Positions 43,473 to 56,635 of a DNA stretch of 64,000 nucleotides are shown piece by piece. Positions within the stretch are counted from its first letter, which is position 1. Each line of letters opens with the position of its first letter. A program made the position numbers and the translations under genes. This stretch comes from an uncultured Rivularia sp. (GTDB taxonomy: Bacteria; Cyanobacteriota; Cyanobacteriia; Cyanobacteriales; Nostocaceae), in the NCBI GenBank assembly GCA_963665115.1, contig OY762007.1:1728001-1792000 (forward strand), read 5' to 3'. The notes under the pieces were generated by a model. That model worked only from the letters and a program-made list of their open reading frames with translations, did no database searches and had not been told where the DNA came from.

Positions 43473-43645
43473 GGAGTCTTTTTTGCTGTAGTAAATTGGA
43501 ATTTGGTTATGAAATTAAATTGTGCCGTAGTATATTGTCGAAACAGCGATTTCATATGCGGGAAAGTCGCAGCAATGCAAGTTATGGATAATTATCTGCA
43601 AGATATTCTTTAACAGTTTTGATAACAGAAGATAGTTTTTCATCT

Positions 43646-44008
43646 TCATACAGCAGCTTCCAGTTTAGTTAAAAGTGCAACCCTATCTTTTATTCCCAAC
43701 TGATAAATAAGCAAAGTTAAAAAGTATTCCCAATCCAATTGTCTCCGTTGAGCAATTCCATCGTAAAGTTCTACACCTGGTGGATTGCGTGCAATATCAA
43801 ATAAAATATCCAAGGTATGCACAACTTCCTGCTCTTCTACCCAACAGGAGATATATTTTTCTTCCTCTTCAATTGCTGTATCTTCTTTTTGCCATTGATA
43901 TCTATTTTGTTGAAATTGGCTGCCAAAGCCTGCAAACACTTCAGCCCCAATCGGTGCTGATAAATCAGCTAGGAATTCCAGCATTTTTTCTCTGCTTTGT
44001 TTTTTCAT
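43646..44008 (-). CDS. Hypothetical protein
   Basis: 120-aa ORF, no motif recognised. Confidence 0.45.
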   Translation of the reverse strand: MKKQSREKMLEFLADLSAPIGAEVFAGFGSQFQQNRYQWQKEDTAIEEEEKYISCWVEEQEVVHTLDILFDIARNPPGVELYDGIAQRRQLDWEYFLTLLIYQLGIKDRVALLTKLEAAV

Positions 44009-44422
44009 CGAATATTGTGTTAGATAATTTATCTACACTAAGCATGAGCGCTCTATAATCGCTGCCTATAGTTCCATATCTGCCAATATTCCAATATAAG
44101 ACTCATTCCCTAAATATGTGGTTGAGTGCAACTATTAATTTTTGTAAATACCCTTGTTAATAAAAATCTTTATCAATAAACTAAGCATTAAGTCAAAAGA
44201 TAAAAACGTTGCACTGTTAGCGGTAAGTTCCTTGGCGGAGTATGTTTGTGTAACTATAGTGCTTCTAAAGCTATATTGCGTAACTATTCCAACCGAAACG
44301 GACTTCGATTAAAATTTTCGTATTGTGGCAATCAATCAAGCTGCTTTGAACAAAACAAGTTGAGCAGTTAATTACAGCCAAATTGTTGAGTAAATATAGC
44401 AATAAGGAGCAAGCGTTAAACA

Positions 44423-45469
44423 ATGCAAACTTACGATAATCCCAGAGTTAAATATGATTGGTGGGCTGGTAATGCACGCTTCGCCAAATTGTCAGGTTTA
44501 TTTATCGGCGCTCATGCAGCGCAAGCGGCTTTAATTACTCTGTGGGCTGGTTCATTCACTCTATTTGAACTGTCTCGATATAACCCCGAGATTGCAATGG
44601 GGGAACAAGGGTTAATTTTGTTGCCTCATTTAGCGACTTTAGGTTTTGGTGTAGGAGATGGTGGGATTGTAGTTGATACATATCCTTTTTTTGCTATCGG
44701 AGTTATACACCTGATTTCATCTGCTGTCTTTGCTGCGGGTGGGCTGTTCCATACCTTCAAAGCTCCTCGAAACTTGAAAGATGCGACGGGACAGGCTCGC
44801 AAGTTTGACTTTGAATGGGATGATGCCAAACAATTAGGAATTATTTTGGGACATCACCTGTTGTTTTTAGGAGCCGGAGCATTGTTGTTAGCAGCTAAAG
44901 CAATGTACTTTGGCGGACTCTATGATGCAGCATCTGAGACTGTCCGCACGGTGACGAATCCGACTCTTAACCCTTTAGTCATCTATGGTTATCAGTTTCA
45001 TTTTGCTAGTGTCGATAATCTCGAAGATTTAGTAGGGGGACATATTTATGTCGGTGTAATGTTGATTGGTGGAGGAGTATGGCATATTGTCCAGGAACCA
45101 TTACCTTGGGCGAAGAGAGCGTTAATCTTCTCTGGTGAAGCCATTCTTTCTTACTCTTTAGGAGGAATTGCCTTAGCTGGATTTGTTGCATCTTATTACT
45201 GTGCGGTAAACACTTTGGCTTATCCAGTTGAGTTTTATGGTCCTGCTTTAGAACTAAAGTTTGGTATTTGTCCCTATTTTGCAGACACTATAGATTTACC
45301 TTATGGTGCTCATACAGCCAGAGCATGGTTAGCAAACTCTCATTTCTTCCTTGCTTTCTTCTTTTTGCAAGGACATTTATGGCACGCGCTACGAGCTATT
45401 GGTGTTGACTTCAAACAGTTTGGTAAAGCATTGGATACTGCTGTAGGTACTGTCGGTAGCGAATCGTAA
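44423..45469 (+). CDS. isiA: Iron-stress chlorophyll-binding protein (CP43')
   Basis: MQTYDN...WWAGNAR, six [20 protein letters not shown]. Confidence 0.92.
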   Translation: MQTYDNPRVKYDWWAGNARFAKLSGLFIGAHAAQAALITLWAGSFTLFELSRYNPEIAMGEQGLILLPHLATLGFGVGDGGIVVDTYPFFAIGVIHLISSAVFAAGGLFHTFKAPRNLKDATGQARKFDFEWDDAKQLGIILGHHLLFLGAGALLLAAKAMYFGGLYDAASETVRTVTNPTLNPLVIYGYQFHFASVDNLEDLVGGHIYVGVMLIGGGVWHIVQEPLPWAKRALIFSGEAILSYSLGGIALAGFVASYYCAVNTLAYPVEFYGPALELKFGICPYFADTIDLPYGAHTARAWLANSHFFLAFFFLQGHLWHALRAIGVDFKQFGKALDTAVGTVGSES

Positions 45470-45533
45470 TAACTATGGAGACGTTGTTTTATACAGCGTC
45501 TCCAAATTGCAATGTTAGAAAAGGGTAAAAATT

Positions 45534-46500
45534 GTGGCTGTTTCAACCGATAAAACTTTTGCATCAGGTACAGAGTCACCTTGGTTAGTTGGTAATGCTC
45601 GTTTAACCGATTTATCAGGGCAATTATTGGGCGCTCATATCGCTCATGCAGGTTTAATTATGTTTTGGGCGGGAAGTATTACCATTATTGAGGTATTGCG
45701 TTTTGCCCCTGGTATACCAATGTATCAACAGACGATGACTTTGTTACCCCATCTTGCAACTTTGGGTTGGGGAGTTGGTGCTAATGGTCAAGTGGTAGAT
45801 ACTTATCCCTATTTTGTCATCGGTATTCTGCATTTAATCGCTTCAGCAGTTTTAGGTGCGGGTGGACTTTTTCATGTATTTCGCGGTCCGAAGGTTTTGT
45901 ATAGCCTCGGTGGAATCGTAGCGAAATTTCACTACGAATGGAACGACCCCCAGACAATTAGCTTTTATCTTGGGTAATCATCTGATTGTTCTTGGTTTGG
46001 GAGCATTTCTTTTAGTAGTAAAAGCGATGTTTGTTGGTGGAATTTATGATGCTAATCTTGGTAACGTGCGATTAATAAGTAACCCAACTCTCGACCCAAG
46101 TATTATATTTGGTTACTTAGTTGGTTTAAAAGATGGCAGTTGGAATATTTTAGGAATGGCGAGCGTTGACAATTTAGAAGATGTCATCGGCGGTCATATT
46201 TGGGTAGGATTGATGTTAATTTTTGGTGGTGTTTGGCATATTTTAATACCACCTTTTAGCTGGGTAAGGCGAATTTTTCCAATTGAAAACGGTGAGGAAA
46301 TTCTTTCTTATAGCCTGCTTGGTTTAGCTTTAATGGCTTTTATATCTATTCCGTTTATAGCCTATAACCAAATAGTCTATCCTAGCGAATTCTATGGTTA
46401 TGACAGATTAGGTAGAGCGAATGTACAGCTTTTTCTAGGAATTCTAGCTTTTTGTGGTTATATTTGGCATTCTTGGCGTTCCCGTCAAATTAACCTTTAA
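45534..46500 (+). CDS. IsiA/Pcb family chlorophyll-binding protein, frameshift near 45960
   Basis: [13 protein letters not shown] in the first part; HLIVLG and DVIGGHIW in the second. Confidence 0.85.
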
Positions 46501-46608
46501 TTCTCCATAGTTTTTAATTTTTCTGACTTGAGAGCCTACTAAATTCAATGTCCGTAGTTGAAATTTCTCTGCGGGCATTTTTTTGGAAAATTATTTTGAG
46601 GATAAATT

Positions 46609-46884
46609 ATGCTACCTACAATTTTTTGTGCTTTCTGTGCGTGGACAATAGTTATTTTAGGCATTGCTAGTTTTTGGTTGATGCTAAATAAAGGAACAAA
46701 TCACCTCAAAAAGCTACATGATATTCCTTGTTCTGACTGTGATTTTTTTACCAATGATTACCGTCTCAAATGTACGATTCATCCGGAACAAGCTTGTTCG
46801 GAAGAAGCTATCGGCTGTATTGATTTTGAGGTGAAAACCGCTAATTGCAATAGTTGTCAAAAAGGTAAGCGTAAATTATATTAA
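46609..46884 (+). CDS. Small Cys-rich membrane protein
   Basis: TM segment then HDIPC..C.FF....LKC..HP..C....C. Confidence 0.7.
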   Translation: MLPTIFCAFCAWTIVILGIASFWLMLNKGTNHLKKLHDIPCSDCDFFTNDYRLKCTIHPEQACSEEAIGCIDFEVKTANCNSCQKGKRKLY

Positions 46885-47059
46885 GCTGCGACAGCCCTTA
46901 AGTTAGGCGATCGCATTTACTTTCGCTCTGTGCTAATCCTACAAACCGGGCGTTGTGACTGCTGCACAAGATATCTCTAATTCCAAAAGCAACGGATTCG
47001 CAATTCATATATTTACAAAACTTCACAAAATCGAGGATACATATTTTCAAAATATTGAT

Positions 47060-47100
47060 ATGCTAAAAAATAATTATTGCAAGTAATAATCATTAACTTA
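47060..47100. promoter_or_regulatory. Candidate Fur-type operator upstream of isiB
   Basis: AATAATTATTGCAAGTAATAATCATT, AT-rich ATAAT repeats in an iron locus. Confidence 0.35.
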
Positions 47101-47296
47101 GAATGCTTGATGAATATTATTTGCCTTTGTATATAATTGGATGCTTCTCTAGAACCGATGTAGAGAATGATGGGGTTAGTTTTCTCCTTCATGCTCTATG
47201 CTCATTATCTCAAGAACGAATACATCTAATAGAAAGAAGTTGCAATAATTTCATTTTTTCTCAGTTAATTAATTTTCAACAGCGAGTAATCAGGAA

Positions 47297-47806
47297 ATGT
47301 CAAAACAAATTGGTCTTTTTTACGGTACTACAACTGGTAAAACCGAAGCTGCGGCGGAAACGATTCGGGATGCTTTCGGTGGTGATGTGACTATGCATGA
47401 GATAGCTGATACAGATACGAGTGATTTTGATGAGTATGAATGTTTAATTATCGGTTGTCCGACTTGGAATATCGGCGAACTTCAGAGTGATTGGGAAGGC
47501 TTTTTTGAAGAACTAGATGAGATTGATTTTAGCGCTAAGACAGTTGCTTACTTTGGTACCGGAGATCAAATTGGGTACGAAGAAAACTTTCAAGATGCGA
47601 TGGGAATTTTAGAAGAAAAAATTTCTGAGAGAGGTGGGAAAACTGTTGGTTATACGTCAACAGATGGATATGAATTTAGTGAATCTAAAGCTTTGAGAGA
47701 TGGGAAGTTTTGCGGGCTTGCCCTTGATGATGACAATCAATCGGATTTAAGTGATGAAAGAATCAAGGCTTGGGCTGCTCAAGTTAAATCAGCTTTCGGA
47801 TTATAA
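47297..47806 (+). CDS. isiB: Flavodoxin
   Basis: [27 protein letters not shown]. Confidence 0.95.
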   Translation: MSKQIGLFYGTTTGKTEAAAETIRDAFGGDVTMHEIADTDTSDFDEYECLIIGCPTWNIGELQSDWEGFFEELDEIDFSAKTVAYFGTGDQIGYEENFQDAMGILEEKISERGGKTVGYTSTDGYEFSESKALRDGKFCGLALDDDNQSDLSDERIKAWAAQVKSAFGL

Positions 47807-47873
47807 ATTTAGTCATGTGTTCTTTTTTAGTCAGAATTTCAAACCCGTTAAACAATCCAAAATCCAAAATCAA

Positions 47874-48923
47874 ATGGCTGTAACAACTCTATCCAATCGA
47901 ACATATAGCTTTACTAACGTTGACTGGTATCGTGGTAATGCTCGTTTGCTCAACTTATCCGGTAAACTTCTGGGCGCTCATGTAGCTCATGCAGGTTTGA
48001 TAGTCTTCTGGGCGGGTGCAATGACGTTGTTTGAATTAACGCACTTTAACCCAGCTTTACCAATGTACGAACAAGGGTTAATTTTACTTCCACATTTAGC
48101 AAGTCTTGGTTTAGGTGTCGGTGCTGGGGGTGCAGTAACTGACATTCAGCCCTATTACATAATTGGTGTAATACATTTAATTTCCTCTGCGGTTTTAGGC
48201 GCGGGTGGTATATTTCATTCGTTAAAAGGACCGAGTGTATTGCCAGAAAACTCTAGTTTCGCGGGCTTTTTTGGCTATGACTGGAAAGATAAGGATAAGA
48301 TGACCACTATTTTAGGAATTCATCTGATTCTTTTAGGTGTAGGTGCTTGGTTATTAGTGGCAAAAGCCATGTTATGGGGTGGACTATTCGATCCTCATTT
48401 CGGAACGGGTGGAGACGTGCGAGTAATTAATCATCCAACACTTAATCCACTGAGAATTTTTAGCTATTTATTACCCGTTCATGGTGCTACAGGAATGGCT
48501 GCTGTGGATAACCTAGAAGACGTAATTGGTGGTCATATCTGGGTTGGCTTAATGTGCATTGGTGGTGGTATTTGGCACATCAGAAGTAAGCCATTTACCT
48601 GGACAGAAAAACTTTTAGTTTGGTCTGGAGAGGCTTATCTATCCTACAGTTTAGGAGCAATAGCATATATGGGATTTCTGGCTGCAACTTTTGCTTTTTT
48701 CAATGACACAGTTTATCCAAAAGTCTTTTACGGGGCTGCAAGAATGATAGAATCCTCTCCAGATTTAGTCTCTTCTCGGGGATGGTTGGTAAGTTTTCAT
48801 ATTGCTTTAGCAACCCTATTTCTATGCGGACATATATGGCACGCTAGTCGCGCTCGTTTAACCGAAGCTGGATTTGATTTTAATAATGACGATATAGTCA
48901 ACCCTCCGAGAGTTGTTAGCTAA
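47874..48923 (+). CDS. IsiA/Pcb family chlorophyll-binding protein
   Basis: [22 protein letters not shown]; in-frame ATG at 47874. Confidence 0.9.
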   Translation: MAVTTLSNRTYSFTNVDWYRGNARLLNLSGKLLGAHVAHAGLIVFWAGAMTLFELTHFNPALPMYEQGLILLPHLASLGLGVGAGGAVTDIQPYYIIGVIHLISSAVLGAGGIFHSLKGPSVLPENSSFAGFFGYDWKDKDKMTTILGIHLILLGVGAWLLVAKAMLWGGLFDPHFGTGGDVRVINHPTLNPLRIFSYLLPVHGATGMAAVDNLEDVIGGHIWVGLMCIGGGIWHIRSKPFTWTEKLLVWSGEAYLSYSLGAIAYMGFLAATFAFFNDTVYPKVFYGAARMIESSPDLVSSRGWLVSFHIALATLFLCGHIWHASRARLTEAGFDFNNDDIVNPPRVVS

Positions 48924-49177
48924 AAAAATTGGATTGACGGCTTACGGAAAGCAGTCAATCTAATTCGCCAAAATAAAAACCTGCGAACCTAATATAAGGT
49001 TCGCAGGAAGTCAGAATTTTGAAGGGAAATTCTCTGAATATTTCTACTCAAATTTAAAAAAGTTTGGTAGTGGAAGCATCTTGCTCCTTCTTTGCTGAGG
49101 GGAAAGATGCTCCCACTATAGAACTTAACTGGAAAAACTATAAAAGTGATGTGAAAGATAATTTCAACAATCTAAAC

Positions 49178-49965
49178 TTACTTTGCAGATTTGTGTGATT
49201 TACGCTTACGTAAGAACATACCACCACTAACAGCTAACATTCCTAAAGCGAAGCTTGGTTCGGGTACGCTGGCTTGTACAAATTTCCCTTTGCCAACGCG
49301 GAATGTATGGTTGTCAGTTTCAAAACCACCGTCACCGACTTGAGAAATCATAATCTTATCGAAGTTATCATCTATACCTTGAGAGAAGAACTCGAAGAAA
49401 CCATTTGTTTGTCCTCCATGCTGCTGGGCTGCTGTAGGAGCAAGCGCGGTCAAGATATTGTATGTTAAAGTGGTCGCAGCTTGGGCCATACCCTTACTAT
49501 CTGTGTAGTTGAATTCTACAGCATTACCTGCATTGAAGAATTCGAGGGTGTTACCTTCACTCAAAGCGCCCAAATTTATACCGAAGTAATTGAAAGTATC
49601 GCCTTCTTTAGCTGTTTCGATAACAGCACTTTTACCTTCAAATACTTGTAAATAATCCGATGTGTTTTCTTCGCCATTCACCCCAGCAGGTGCCCATCTC
49701 TTTTCACCACCAACTGAAGTTTTATTATTACTACCCTCGAAAGAATACTTTACTTTATCATTACCTGGCAACTTGCCGTCATTGAAATCAAATGTCTCGT
49801 AACCTGCGTCATTAACATTCTGCGAAAAAGCACCTTGGTTTGTTACATTGCTATCGCGAAAAGCACCAGAAAACTATAGCTAAAACCAGCAGCTTGTGCA
49901 GAACCAGCGTAAGCAACGGTAGCGATAGCAGATAAAGCAGCAATTGAAAATAATTTCTTAAACAT
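49178..49965 (-). CDS. PEP-CTERM surface protein, frameshift near 49870
   Basis: Signal peptide MFKKLFSIAALS...AQAA from 49965; C-terminal VPEP + TM + RKRK. Confidence 0.85.
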
Positions 49966-50807
49966 GAATCTAATTCTTTTCTCTTTAATGTCTTCTCTTT
50001 AATCTTCTCTTTCGAGCCGATATCTGAATTGTGCGCTGTATTGAAGACAAAAGTTAGGTGATATTTACTGAAGTCTGAAATATTTTCAACTCATAAATAA
50101 AAAGTATTAAATTTTACTTCGACTAGAGAATATCTCAGTATTGAACTACCTAAAGTAAGCTTTCTTCACCAGTTATGTAAAAAACAATCCAGATTTTATC
50201 GCTATAATTGTGAAGAAATGACATTATTGTTTTTATATCCCGAATTAATGCCAACGGCTTTACAAGTAACTCAAATTTAAACGCTAAATTTGAGCCTCAA
50301 ATAAAGGATAATCCTCAATCACTGCGTATCTACGATTGCTGAAATTCATCTCAAACATAACTGCGATCGCGATTTGAGCAAGGTCATCTTATTTATCCAA
50401 TATTTTGTACCATTTTATACACTTTATTTTAGTTCAGCTAATTACTTATATATATATAAAAAAGGTAGTAATTCTACTTTTTAATTAAGAAATTGGGAAT
50501 TGGGAATTGGGCATAGGGCATAGGGCATAGGGCATTCGTAATAGAACTACCCAGCAGATTTTTTTATCGCCAGAATGTTTTATGTTCCTTGTAAGCTGTT
50601 ACGCATTTTATTTGTATTTAACTAGCGGGCAAGATGCCCGCACTACAAGAATTTGATATTTATTTCCTACGGACACGCTTCGCTAACGTTTTACACAATT
50701 TAGCTGCACATCAGCTTATTAGTGCAGGTACCGGATTCCCAATTGACACTAAAAGCTTTTACCTATAATCTTTAAGCAATTTAGAAATAAATAATTAAAA
50801 TAAATAT

Positions 50808-51794
50808 ATGAACAAAGTAGATTACCTGCGTATCAGTTTAATAGACCGTTGTAACTTTCGCTGTCATTATTGCGTGCCGGAAGGCGAAAAACTTGATTAT
50901 ATATTACAACAGGAATTACTAAATTATCAGGAGTTATTAACTCTACTAAAAGAAGTATTTATTCCATTGGAATTTACTAAATTTCGTCTTACCGGAGGTG
51001 AACCATTATTACGTCCGGGGGTAGTTGATTTTGTTGGAGAAGTTGCTTCTCTTTCTGGATGCGATGATTTAGCAATGACGACTAACGGTTTTTTGTTAGA
51101 TAAATTAGCAAAACCACTTTTTGATGCTGGTTTGCGACGCATCAATATCAGTCTTGATTCGCTAAATCCAGAAATTTTTGACAAAATGATTGGGAATGGG
51201 GGAAAGTCGCGCTGGGAAAAAACTTGGCAAGGTATTCAAGCAGCCTATGAAGTAGGTTTCAATCCTTTGAAGCTAAATGTAGTTGTTATCAAAGGAATAA
51301 ACGATTCGGAAATTCTCGAATTAGCAGCTTTAACTATCAAGCGTAATTGGCACGTCCGTTTTATTGAATTTATGCCGATTGGTAATAGTAAATTATTTGA
51401 CGAATCTGCCTGGATTCCTTCTGTGGAATTACGTGAAAGTATTTCGCAAAAATTCGGCTTAATTGAATCTAATATAAAAGGAAATGGCCCGGCAGATGTT
51501 TTTAAAATTCCTGGTGCTAAAGGTACTTTAGGATTTATTTCGCAAATGTCAGAATGCTTTTGCGACAGATGCAACCGGATTCGTTTATCTGCCGATGGTT
51601 GGTTGCGCCCTTGTTTATTAAATGAAACTGGTCAAATTAATTTAAAAGATGCGTTACGCAATGGAGTTGATTCTTCTGAGTTAAGGGAAAAGGTAAGAGA
51701 TTTACTGTTTCTTAAAGAGGAAATTAATTTTAAAGAACGAGATAGGGGAACAATTGGTACTTACAACCGTACTATGTCACAAATTGGAGGTTGA
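50808..51794 (+). CDS. moaA: GTP 3',8-cyclase
   Basis: [22 protein letters not shown]-terminal IGG. Confidence 0.96.
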   Translation: MNKVDYLRISLIDRCNFRCHYCVPEGEKLDYILQQELLNYQELLTLLKEVFIPLEFTKFRLTGGEPLLRPGVVDFVGEVASLSGCDDLAMTTNGFLLDKLAKPLFDAGLRRINISLDSLNPEIFDKMIGNGGKSRWEKTWQGIQAAYEVGFNPLKLNVVVIKGINDSEILELAALTIKRNWHVRFIEFMPIGNSKLFDESAWIPSVELRESISQKFGLIESNIKGNGPADVFKIPGAKGTLGFISQMSECFCDRCNRIRLSADGWLRPCLLNETGQINLKDALRNGVDSSELREKVRDLLFLKEEINFKERDRGTIGTYNRTMSQIGG

Positions 51795-51896
51795 GAACAA
51801 TTTTGGATTTTAACAACGGATGGGTTTGTTTTAGATTTTATATTTTAGTTCGCCGGGGGTTGAAAACACCCGCATAATAGCAAAATTCCGATAAAT

Positions 51897-52167
51897 CTCA
51901 CATCTTGCACCATTCGCAACAACCGCCTTGGAATAAATTCTCCGCAGTCGCTACAACGGGGGGAACCCCCGCAACGCGCTGCTCTCCAGGCTCAAAAATA
52001 AAGTCTGATTGCGGCAGACTGGGTAATGCTTTGAGTGCGTTTTAACGTACTTTGTTTATGCAGCCCTGAAATTGATTTCTCTGCGTTCACGCGGAGCGTG
52101 CGGGCTAGAAAGCCTCCGGCTTACAAGGCGGGTATTCGGGCTTAACGACACTGGTGCAAGATGTCAG
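51897..52167. mobile_element. MITE, 271 bp
   Basis: 16-bp TIR CTCACATCTTGCACCA / TGGTGCAAGATGTCAG (15/16 match); 6-bp TSD ATAAAT at 51891 and 52168. Confidence 0.85.
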
Positions 52168-52375
52168 ATAAATAGGACTAATTTAATACCCAATATATTT
52201 AGTGTGGTATTTGATTTTTTAGTCGTCTTTAGAGGGACTTTCGCTATTAGCCGCGAGTAATGCTTTTAACTACTTATGTATACAAGGCAGCCTTATTAAG
52301 AAGAGGGATTTCCCGTTTTTATCAAAATTTTCTACAAATCATTTAGAATTATCAGGTTGAACTCCAAAAAAAATA

Positions 52376-53602
52376 ATGCAATCTAAACTACATTATTCTA
52401 ATAAGTTAGCAAAGCTAATCCTGACAAGTTATCTTTGCTGTTTACCTTTGCTAGCTTGTGGCGATCGCCAGCAAATCAGCCAAGATCAAACTTCACCAAC
52501 CGCAGAAGCTCAAACAACTTCCCAAAAGGCACCTCTATCATTACAAACATCACCACAAGATGATAAATATTTTCTTGATAATCAAATTTGGGGTGAAGCT
52601 GGAGATAAACAAAATTTACTTAAAGCAATTGATTATAGTTTAAGCTATCTGCAAACTCCAGGAGCTTCTTCGACTTATGAAAAATATATTGTTCCCGAAA
52701 TTACCCGAGAAAGAGTTGAAAAAAGCCTGAATAGATTTCGTGAATTAGTTGTTAATTCTCAAAACGCTGAAGAATTACAGGCTGCTGTTAACAAAGAATT
52801 TGTATTTTATAAATCTATTGGTTCGGACAATCAAGGTACTATTTTATTTACTGGTTATTACAAACCAATTTACCAAGCAAGTCGCCAACCAACAGCAGAA
52901 TACCGCTATCCCGTCTATCGTTTACCCGAGGATTTTAAAACTTGGAGTAAACCCCATCCCACTCGTTTAGAATTGGAAGGTGCAGACGCTTTACAAGCAG
53001 AAAAAGGGAAACTAAAAGGTAATAAATTATTTTGGTTAAAATCCCGTATGGATGCCTTTCTGGCTCAAGTGCAAGGATCTGCGGTATTGGAATTTTCGGA
53101 TGGTACTACCACTTCAATTAATTATGCAGCAAATACCGACCATGAATATGTCAGTTTGGGGAAAGAATTAATCAAAGATGGGAAATTGGAACAAGAAGGA
53201 ATCACTCTAGAAAAAGTTATTAATTATTTAGAAGAAAATCCCGAAAGCCAAAATGAATATTTACCTAGAAACCCTCGTTTTATCTTTTTTAAAGATACTA
53301 AAAACGCTCCCGCAATCGGCAGCCTTAATGTCCCAGTTACACCAGAAAGATCGATTGCTACAGATAAATCATTAATGCCTCCCGGTGCATTAGCCATAAT
53401 TCGCGCACCTTTCCCATTTATTAACCAAGGCGAAATTGAACAGCGTTTAGTTAGTCGCTACGTACTCGATCAAGATACAGGAGGTGCAATCAAAACCCCA
53501 GGGAGAGTTGATTACTATATCGGTGTCGGCAAAGAAGCAGGCGATCGCGCTGGTGCTATTGTCAATCAAGGCGAGCTATATTACTTATTATTGAAGAATT
53601 GA
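52376..53602 (+). CDS. mltA: Murein transglycosylase A (lipoprotein)
   Basis: Lipobox LLAC, TGYY, QVQGS, SIATD, DQDTGGAIK..RVD. Confidence 0.92.
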   Translation: MQSKLHYSNKLAKLILTSYLCCLPLLACGDRQQISQDQTSPTAEAQTTSQKAPLSLQTSPQDDKYFLDNQIWGEAGDKQNLLKAIDYSLSYLQTPGASSTYEKYIVPEITRERVEKSLNRFRELVVNSQNAEELQAAVNKEFVFYKSIGSDNQGTILFTGYYKPIYQASRQPTAEYRYPVYRLPEDFKTWSKPHPTRLELEGADALQAEKGKLKGNKLFWLKSRMDAFLAQVQGSAVLEFSDGTTTSINYAANTDHEYVSLGKELIKDGKLEQEGITLEKVINYLEENPESQNEYLPRNPRFIFFKDTKNAPAIGSLNVPVTPERSIATDKSLMPPGALAIIRAPFPFINQGEIEQRLVSRYVLDQDTGGAIKTPGRVDYYIGVGKEAGDRAGAIVNQGELYYLLLKN

Positions 53603-53674
53603 CGACTAGATTTAACCCATTGCCTATTACCCATTACCTATTACCTATTACCTATTACCAATTATTAATTACCC

Positions 53675-54716
53675 TTACTCTGGAAAAACTTTCACGGCAT
53701 CATCTGCTATTGATATTTTTACAAATGTTCCTTCAGGTATTATTGTATCCGTCATTGTTCTGGCATGAATTTCTCTACCGGAAGGAGTTTCTAAACAATA
53801 GCGGTATTCTCTTCCTAAAAATCGCCGTTTGGTAATCTTTACTTGAGAATCTGTATCTGGTTTTAAAATACAATCTTCTTGGCGAATCATTACTTCACCT
53901 TTCTTCTGGCTATGATTTTCCTCAATCTCAAAACAACCAATTTCAGTTTGCCAATCATTACCTTGACGACGGGCTGGTAAAAAGTTGGCTTGAGTGACAA
54001 ATTCTGCGACAAAACGCGATGCCGGATGGCTGTAAATTTCTTCTGGGGTGCCTATTTGTTCTAAGTTTCCCTGACGCATCACTCCTACTACATCTGCGAT
54101 AGCGAGAGCTTCTTCTTGATCGTGAGTAATAAAAACTGCCGAAGTTCCAGCAAGTTTGAGAATATCTCGAATTTCTTCTCGCAACTGCAATCTAACTTGG
54201 ATATCAAGATTAGACAATGGTTTCATCCAAAAGCATTAATTTTGGTTTGGGTGCTAAAGCACGGGCTAAAGCAACTCGTTGTTGCTGCCCCCCGGAAAGT
54301 TCGTAAGGATAACGTTTTTCTAAAGTTTCTAAGCTTACCAATTTTAAAACTTCCGAAACCCGTTGTTTAACTTGATGTTTATTCAAGTTTTTTAACCCAA
54401 AAGCAACGTTTTCCGCTACCGTCAGATGTGGGAAAAGTGCGTAATCCTGAAACACAATACCAATATCACGTTTTTCTGGTGGTACCCAATCAGTCGGAGA
54501 GCAAACTTTCTGTTCCCCAATTTGAACTTTTCCAGTTTGCGGAAATTCAAAACCACCAATTATTCGTAACAAAGTTGTCTTACCGCAACCCGAAGGACCA
54601 ACTAAAGCTAGTATATCTCCTTCTTGCAATGTCAAAGAGACATTATTCACCGCAGGAATCTTACTTTCTGCAAAGGTTTTAGTTATAGTTTGTAAGCTGA
54701 GAATTTCTTTTTGCAT
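53675..54716 (-). CDS. futC: Fe3+ ABC transporter ATPase, frameshift near 54225
   Basis: GPSGCGKT, LSGGQQQR, LLDE continuing as PLSNLD in the other frame. Confidence 0.88.
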
Positions 54717-55027
54717 TTTACAATAATTGGGAAGGGGTAATGGGTAATTGGGGATTGGTAATTAGCAATTAATAATTAATAAGCTTTTATACATATTTAC
54801 TCAATTTTTAGACCTAGCTTATATTTTGTTTATATCTGATTTATCGACGATTGGAATTAATCAAAAATCAAGGAGAATCTTGAATTTATAAGTTTACTCA
54901 TAAAAATTATTATTTTGTAAATAAGCAATGGTTTTATCTCTGTAAAAAAGAATAAATAAATCTAATCAAATAAAATGAATTGTAATTTATCCTCAGTTAT
55001 AAAAGTAGAACAAGAATCAGCTATTTT

Positions 55028-56614
55028 TCAGGATTTTTTATTAGCTTTCTCTTGAGATAACACAAAAAATGTTGAAGTCATAGATACTATTAATATCATC
55101 AACGAAGCTGCTGCTGCATCGGCAAAATCCACATTTTCTGTTGCTTTCCAAGTTTCTACTGCGAGGGTATCAAAGCCTATAGGCGATAACAGCATAGTGG
55201 CGGGTAATTCTTTCATTGCTGTCAGAAATACTAATACGGTACCGCTTAAAATACCCGGACTTACTAAAGGTAATGTGACTTCTTTTAATGTTTGCCAGGA
55301 TGATTTACCTAAACTACGCGCAGCTTCTTCTATTTGAGGATTTACTTGTAATAAAGAAGTACGAACGGTTCCGATTGATTGCTGCAAAAATAATATCAAA
55401 TATGCAAAAATCAACATCGGTAAAGTTTGGTACAAAAATGGTAAATAATTAGCACCAAAAAAGACTAATGATAGAGCTACAACTATTCCGGGTACGCCAA
55501 AACAAATATAAGTTGCACGTTCAACTATAGCAATAATTTTAGAAGGAAACCTTACCGACAATATGGCGATTGGTAATGCAAATAAAGTCGTGATAATTGC
55601 TGCTAAACCGGCTGCGGTGATTGAATTCAAAGTTGGTTTTAGTAAATCAACAAATTCGTATTCAGTTAATAATCCTTGAATTAACCAAAATACTATGGTG
55701 ATTACGGGTAGCACCACACCCAAAAAAGTAATTACCGCGCAAAAAAGCAAAGCTGGCAACTTCCATTTTCCTAACTTAACCAATTTCCCCGGACGAAATG
55801 ATGAGGTTCCGCGAGTATAATAAGCAGCACGGGAACGCATTCGATATTCTAGCCACAACATTAACATTACTATTGTTACTAGCACCAAAGATAAAGCCGC
55901 TGCTGCATCGCGGTTAAAGCTGGCTTGATATTGGATATAAATTGCCTGGGTAAAAGCATCAAACTGCATTAAAGAAGGAGTACCAAAGTCTCGCAAAGCG
56001 TACAAAGCTACTAACAATCCCCCGGCAATTAATGATGGATACAATTGTGGTAAAACAACTTTGATAAAAGTATCTCTACTGTTGTAACCCATACTGCGAG
56101 CCGCTTCTTCCAAAGAAGGATCTAATCCTTGCAACGCCGAACGCAGACTTAACAACATATAGGGATAAGTAAACAAAGTTAATGCAAGAATTGCCCCAAA
56201 CCAACCATAAATAGAAGGTAATTCTTCCACACCCAAAGGTGCGAGTAGAAGTTGCAGAAAACTACCCCTCGGTGCAAAAGCCCCAATTAGCGCAAAACTC
56301 CCAACATAACTGGGAACAGCCAAAGGTAATGTAGTTGCTATCAACCAAAAACGTCGCTTTGGTAAATCCGTTCGCACCGTTAAAAATGCCAAAGGAACCG
56401 AAATTAAAGCAGATAACAGCGCAACAGCCGCCATTAAAACAATACTATTAAACAAAATTATCTGATTTTGCTGGCGGGTAAATAATTGCAGTAACTCTTC
56501 CCCACCAGCATAAGCCGCACGAATCACCAGATAAAACAACGGTAAAGCGATCGCAATTGCTACTACCACTGCTGCGACACTCAGAAATAACGGAGGGCGA
56601 GCCGCCTTTGACAC
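55028..56614 (-). CDS. futB: Fe3+ ABC transporter permease
   Basis: Two EEAARS.G EAA loops, ~12 TM. Confidence 0.9.
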   Translation of the reverse strand: MSKAARPPLFLSVAAVVVAIAIALPLFYLVIRAAYAGGEELLQLFTRQQNQIILFNSIVLMAAVALLSALISVPLAFLTVRTDLPKRRFWLIATTLPLAVPSYVGSFALIGAFAPRGSFLQLLLAPLGVEELPSIYGWFGAILALTLFTYPYMLLSLRSALQGLDPSLEEAARSMGYNSRDTFIKVVLPQLYPSLIAGGLLVALYALRDFGTPSLMQFDAFTQAIYIQYQASFNRDAAAALSLVLVTIVMLMLWLEYRMRSRAAYYTRGTSSFRPGKLVKLGKWKLPALLFCAVITFLGVVLPVITIVFWLIQGLLTEYEFVDLLKPTLNSITAAGLAAIITTLFALPIAILSVRFPSKIIAIVERATYICFGVPGIVVALSLVFFGANYLPFLYQTLPMLIFAYLILFLQQSIGTVRTSLLQVNPQIEEAARSLGKSSWQTLKEVTLPLVSPGILSGTVLVFLTAMKELPATMLLSPIGFDTLAVETWKATENVDFADAAAASLMILIVSMTSTFFVLSQEKANKKS

Positions 56615-56635
56615 TTTTTTATACTCCTGTTTTTA

